From Leptogorgia sarmentosa (Eukaryota): a stretch of 64,000 nucleotides of DNA. A program made the position numbers and the translations under genes. Below the pieces are notes generated by a model. It was not told where the DNA came from. It saw only the letters and a list, made by a program, of their open reading frames with translations, and searched no databases. The stretch covers positions 1,674,001 to 1,738,000 of the forward strand of contig OZ210885.1 in the NCBI GenBank assembly GCA_964658305.1. The letters are read 5' to 3'. Each line of letters starts with the position of its first letter. The stretch's first letter is position 1. Positions 59,401 to 64,000 of this stretch are shown one piece after another.

Positions 59401-61031
59401 TATTGCAACTAACGTTTCGAGGCAGCATATCAACACCATAATTGGTTTTTTTCCTTAGAAACGCCTACTTGGTGTTCTCGTATTTTTGGTTTTTCGTCGG
59501 TCTTCCAATGGGTTTTTTCGCCGCCATATTACGAATCTTGAAAGCGTTCCTTGTAGGAGCTCTCATGTTGCCAAGGATTGATCATAGTGTCATGCCTGAC
59601 GGATTTCAACGGCTTGACAAAGGTAAGAACTACTAGGGAAAAGGGGTCGCCTGTATCAAAGGGGTTTAGCTTGAACGGTGGATAAGCAAAATTTTAAAAA
59701 CACGGACTGTTCATTTTGTAAATAAATGAACCTAAATTTTATGAACTAGATGTGTAGTTCTATGCATAGTTGTTATGTTTAGTTCGTTTGTAGTGAGAAA
59801 AATCATTCAGCAGAAATTAGGAGAGCCCTCCCCTCTCCCTCCCCCCCTCCGCCCATTACGTGCATTCGCAAATCATACCACTGTTATGATCTCTATGGTA
59901 AAGTAACGCATACAGCATGCATCCATTCAACTATATATAGCTCATTCACCAGTGAAAGCTAAAATAAAAGATGGTGGCGAGTTGCCGAAAATCTGATTGC
60001 AAGGCAATTGGCCATAGCAAAAAAGATGGCGGCATGTACATTTTACCAGAATACATTGCGGTCTGAAATCGTTTGAAAAAGCAGATTAACGTCTTTTGAA
60101 GAACAAACAAAAGGCATTAAGCTATATTTTCTTACTAGTGTTAAAATTTCTATCCATTAGCTATGCTTCTTGTGATTTTTTTTCAGTGATATGTATTTAA
60201 TACCTGCAGTGCATTCTGGTAAAATGTACTTGCTGCCATCTTTTTTGCTAGACAACTCATGTTATTCTTAAGATTAGCTCATTCCATTAAATCAACCAAT
60301 TTTTTGTCTTTGCCGTGCTGTTCGAAGACCGACATGTGAATTGTCACACATTACATACACGAATCAGCAGTATACATAGCAGAATTTTATATTGCTTTCA
60401 TTTAATCCTTTTCCTATTTTGCCAGGTTTCAATGCGTACATCTGCTATCTTCACGTACAAACATCATATAGAAACCCAATCCTTCGAGTTTTTTGTCAGC
60501 TTTTGAACGATGAAACACGTAAGTTTTTTTTGTAAAAAAATAGTTTTAGTTACCTAGGTTGATAAACGTGATCCGATTTGGTAAATAAAGTTTTGCTAAT
60601 TTCTCTGCTCCTGGCGGAGGGTGTTTCCACGAAGCGCTTCCAGTAATTTTCAACAGAGGGTTTTTATCTCTCAAATCTTATCGTTTATGTAGTGAGCAGA
60701 ATTTTTGCTGCTTGCTGATGTTGTTATGCGCCACCTACACTGGCTGCATACTGAAGTTTGTTAAAGCATGGAAAGGTTCCGGTATTTGAAATTTGTGAAT
60801 TTTCACACATCTTACAAACAATTCTGATATTGTATTTTAGGAAACAAAACAGAAAAAAAATGCCGGTGCTCAACTCAGGCGCGTGCGAGGTGGTTCCTAG
60901 CCCTTACCTTGGCCCGCAACCCACAACTAGCATCGGAACGTAAGCCAATTATTCAGTCATTTAAACCTGTGCAGCTTGGTTATCTACAACACGGCGACAT
61001 CGAAATCGAAGTTGGTTCGAGTGGAGTCTGA
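50402..61031 (+). CDS. STRA6: STRA6-family multi-pass membrane protein, paralog 2, 19 coding exons, about 598 aa
   Basis: Exons: 50402-50433, 50797-50851, 51327-51412, 51730-51866, 52745-52865, 53007-53055, 53998-54144, 54598-54668, 54789-54850, 55495-55556, 56501-56609, 57433-57508, 57896-57974, 58333-58381, 58842-58947, 59135-59242, 59459-59622, 60426-60518, 60841-61031 (1797 nt, in frame). Exon phases and many exon sizes (32, 86, 121, 49, 62, 62, 49, 106, 108, 164, 93) match paralog 1; same C-terminal RARWFLALTLARNPQL. Confidence 0.85.
55878..56408 (-). mobile_element. Probable non-autonomous Crypton-like element
   Basis: Hairpin at 55885-55990; inverted subtermini ttagtataaatt / aatttatactaa; minus-strand stub from 56293 MAARFAEVSQEEIDKIKQESIPKKVKQATKYGLKIF. 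Confidence 0.55.
56724..57345 (-). mobile_element. 5'-truncated, decayed LINE (CR1/L2-like) 3' end
   Basis: Minus strand reads LQKLRKRAARIIT...LELLQW...AMFKILH, then a frameshifted NLR.S...LP.ART...F.Y....WNSIP..I....L..FE pattern, then a 3'UTR and an (atc)n tail at 56724-56758. Confidence 0.75.
59643..59780 (+). repeat. Interspersed repeat family (Harbinger-like end), three copies in the window
   Basis: gtatcaaag..gtttagc...cggtggataagcaaaattttaaaa also occurs at about 63880-63995 (+) and 39230-39325 (-). Confidence 0.7.
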
Positions 61032-61397
61032 GATAAGTAAATCACATACCGTGTATGCTTGTCAAACTATTTCTTTCATATTTTTTACACATTGTTTGAA
61101 CATGATTTGTGTTTGGGAAATTTTGAGATTTTCCATCTCATTACTCACGCCGTATATTGTCGCAAAAAGTTTGTCTTAGTAAGACTAAAAAGTTTGAGTT
61201 ATTTATTTTGTTTAAAATATCCCATGTTAATGAGGGGGCAGCTAGGCTGCCAAAGTCAATAGGTGGTACATTTGGGAGTATCTAATATCGAGTTAAATGT
61301 ATAGTTTGTTTTAGTAGACTATATAAGTTCATATTAAATATGTTGAGTTAGTTTGAAAAACATGATAGTGTTGAGTATAGTATCGTTTTATAATAAT

Positions 61398-61473
61398 TAT
61401 ATACTACAATGTGATATTATACTCACATATATTTTATAATATATGTGAGTATAATATCACATTGTAGTATATA
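61398..61473. repeat. Perfect 36-bp inverted repeat with a 4-nt loop
   Basis: tatatactacaatgtgatattatactcacatatatt-ttat-aatatatgtgagtataatatcacattgtagtatata. Confidence 0.9.
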
Positions 61474-61571
61474 TTTGTATTAAAGCTTTTCCATTGCAGT
61501 CGCTTTAAAGATGTAGTTGAACTTCCAAGCGTATCCGCGCGCCCAAAAGCGGACAGAGAACGCTGAGACAC

Positions 61572-62884
61572 TAGGCTTTTCTCGATTGTGCTAGCACATT
61601 TTTTGGCATAATTTGGAAAAACGAGCATAATTTTTGCAACATTACCAGAAATTTCAGACATGGTTGCCCTCACTTTTTGAATAAATTAACTTTACAAGTC
61701 AACAATGGTGCCGTGAAAGCTATTATAATTTACATAGCGAAGACGTTCAAAAGTTAGAATTTCTCGCCATACAAGCAAGCATAATGATTTGCCGCAATCT
61801 TATTGTGTAGAAAAATTATTATTGGGTCCCTTGATATTCTATTTATCGCAATACGTCGTGCTTGATTTCTGCTAATTCCAATTTTATAAAGTCTATCGGC
61901 CATATATAGAATTGTATGGCTTTACGCAGGTTATGAACAGACAAAATAAAATTGGAATTAGCAGGAACCAAACTCGACGTATTGCGATAAATAGAATATC
62001 AAGGGATCCAATAATAATTTTTCTACACAATATAATTGCGGCAAACCATCATGCTTGCTTATATGGCGAGAAATTCTAACTTTTGAACGTCTTCGTTATG
62101 TAAATTATAATAGCTTTCACGGCACCATTGTTGACTTGTAAAGTTAATTTATTCAAAAAGTGAAGGCTAACATGTCTGACATTTCTGGTAATGTTTTTGG
62201 AAAAAAGCACTGCTAGCATAATCTGCATATATGGCTAAGTTTCAGAGCAAAATACTAACGCTGTGACAATTTTTTTTAGTTTTTTCATAGTAGTGCTTTA
62301 GAATTTTGTCCAAATATGTGCAGGAAGTGATTGTTAAACAACAACACTACGCTGCCTGTAACACCGACTACTGTAGTAGTCCCACCTTAATATGGGACCC
62401 GGTCCACTGGGACCGGGAATAATTTTCCCATTATTCAATATCCAAGATGGCGTCAGCCTCTCAGGAAAATATAGACTTACACGTTGCACAACTTGCACAA
62501 GGAAAGCAACATTAAAATGGTGATAATAATAGTGCAAACAGGCCACCACCTTAACTGAGAGAACAATTAAGAGACTGTACGTGGATAGTCAGGAAACACA
62601 TTTTGTGGACGATGACAGAGCCATATGAATAGACTATTAGGTTGTGTGAAGTCAATTAGAAGAGCGTAGGAGAAAAGACGTGTCTATCAAAAGTTACAAA
62701 TTTGCTTTTTATAACAAAATACGTTGATTTTTTCGCTTTTGTAGCATATTTTTTACTAACATTGTTAAAAATAAACTGGCATAATTCTTTAAAACCGGCA
62801 TAATTCGAGCATAATTTAGACATAAAACGAGCACTGCTAGTAGCATATTATGCTACTTTTACTAGCACAATTGAGAAAAGCCTA
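61572..62884. mobile_element. hAT-like non-autonomous element containing a palindrome with about 250-bp arms
   Basis: TIRs taggctttt-ctcgattgtgctag / ctagcacaattgagaaaagccta; 8-bp TSD tgagacac/tcagacac; internal arms at about 61637-61886 and 61948-62195. Confidence 0.75.
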
Positions 62885-63060
62885 TCAGACACAGCAAAAG
62901 TTGGAATATGATCGCTCCGCTCGCGCGGCCAAAGCAGCTGCAATTTTTACAGTACATTTCCAGAAAGTAAAGTAGAATTTATTTGTTTACTTTCGGTTTC
63001 TCTCCGAATCGTCTAGCATGTGTACCGTGACCGTAAACACGAATAATTACACGATACACA

Positions 63061-63499
63061 CAAAAGCGTACGGGCTACATTTTTTCAGGGGGGGGCAGAA
63101 AGATCTTTGCCCGAATTTGAGGGTCACGAGGCGCACCATGGTTGGCGCCGACTGCCGAGCGAGAAATTTTTGAACTTTTACAGCCTCCGGATTGCCGGAA
63201 ACGGCGATTTCAGAGTCCTAACTCCACTTTCTTGGTAGCTTGTTCAGGTGAACGACTGGAGGATTGTTTACATTACCCTTATTCGTCAGATTTTTGCCCG
63301 AAATATGCTCAAAATCAGTGCCCGAATTTTCCGATTTGAAATGTTTTCTTTTTTTTGGGGGGGGGGCAGTTGCCCCCCCTTGCCCCCCCAAAAAACCCCT
63401 AATTAGTTAGGGTTGGGGGGGGGGCAGTTGCCCCCCTTGCCCCCCCCCCCCCCCCTTTGCCCCCCCCCCCCCCACCCCCCCCACCCCCGTACGCCTATG
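63061..63499. mobile_element. hAT-like MITE, same family as 1987-2331
   Basis: TIRs caaaagcgtacggg / cccgtacgcctatg; TSD gatacaca / gatgcaca; body alignable with 1987-2331. Confidence 0.85.
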
Positions 63500-64000
63500 G
63501 ATGCACACGTGTTCAAATAGCGTACTTTGACGAAATTGTGTATTCAATGTACAGGGACGTGAGAGGATATAGTCTTTATATACTATATTGTCTTTATATA
63601 TTATAGATCTTTACTCTTTTATAATTGCTGCCGAGCGCCAGCAAGGCAGCACACTATTCTTGACGTCACAAGGATTCCCCAGAGTTCACTCGACCCAGTC
63701 TTTTGCGCGGAACTATGTATAGTCGAAATCTCGATTTGTGTCTGTCCGGATGATAATTTTTCGGGGGAATTTCGCAATCTCCAGGTCATTTTAGAAAATG
63801 AGGGGTGCGGTCAAACAATAATTTGTGGTGCGCGCGCATGTTTTTGCTCATCGATTCCATAATCCATGTGCTCGCGTTCTGCCGGTTGTATCAAAGACGT
63901 TTAGCACGGTGGATAAGCAAAATTTTAAAAACACTTCTATTCATTTTGTAAATAATTGCTCGTAGTTCTATCTCTATGCATAGTTGTTATGTTTACACAG

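Noticed and set aside
1..64000. tRNA, rRNA or snRNA genes
   Set aside because: None recognised by eye; tRNAscan-SE or Infernal would be needed to exclude them.

Overview
AT-rich eukaryotic genomic DNA with GT-AG introns. The gene and repeat content suggests a cnidarian, possibly an anthozoan or octocoral; this is inference. Five protein-coding genes lie on the + strand. (1) A 14-exon CYP4V-like cytochrome P450 (685-12168, about 507 aa) includes a 13-nt microexon. (2,3) Two tandem single-coding-exon paralogs of about 1400 aa (16487-20677, 30345-34553) have the architecture DZIP3-type HEPN domain, coiled coil, NPHP3/HET-E-like NACHT ATPase and degenerate WD40 beta-propeller, making them NLR-like receptors with a putative RNase effector. 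The two copies are nearly identical in HEPN/NACHT but differ in discrete hypervariable patches of the C-terminal region. (4,5) Two tandem STRA6-family membrane protein genes (38519-47169, 20 coding exons; 50402-61031, 19 coding exons) were rebuilt by hand from splice sites. Introns and intergenic DNA hold many non-autonomous DNA transposons (hAT/P-like, Tc1/mariner-like, Harbinger-like, Kolobok-like, MULE-like, probable Crypton derivatives), a decayed Ty3/gypsy pol fragment, a LINE 3' end, tandem repeats and long palindromes. The best candidate for an under-described system is the diversifying HEPN-NACHT-WD40 pair. All gene models are manual and not checked against transcripts.
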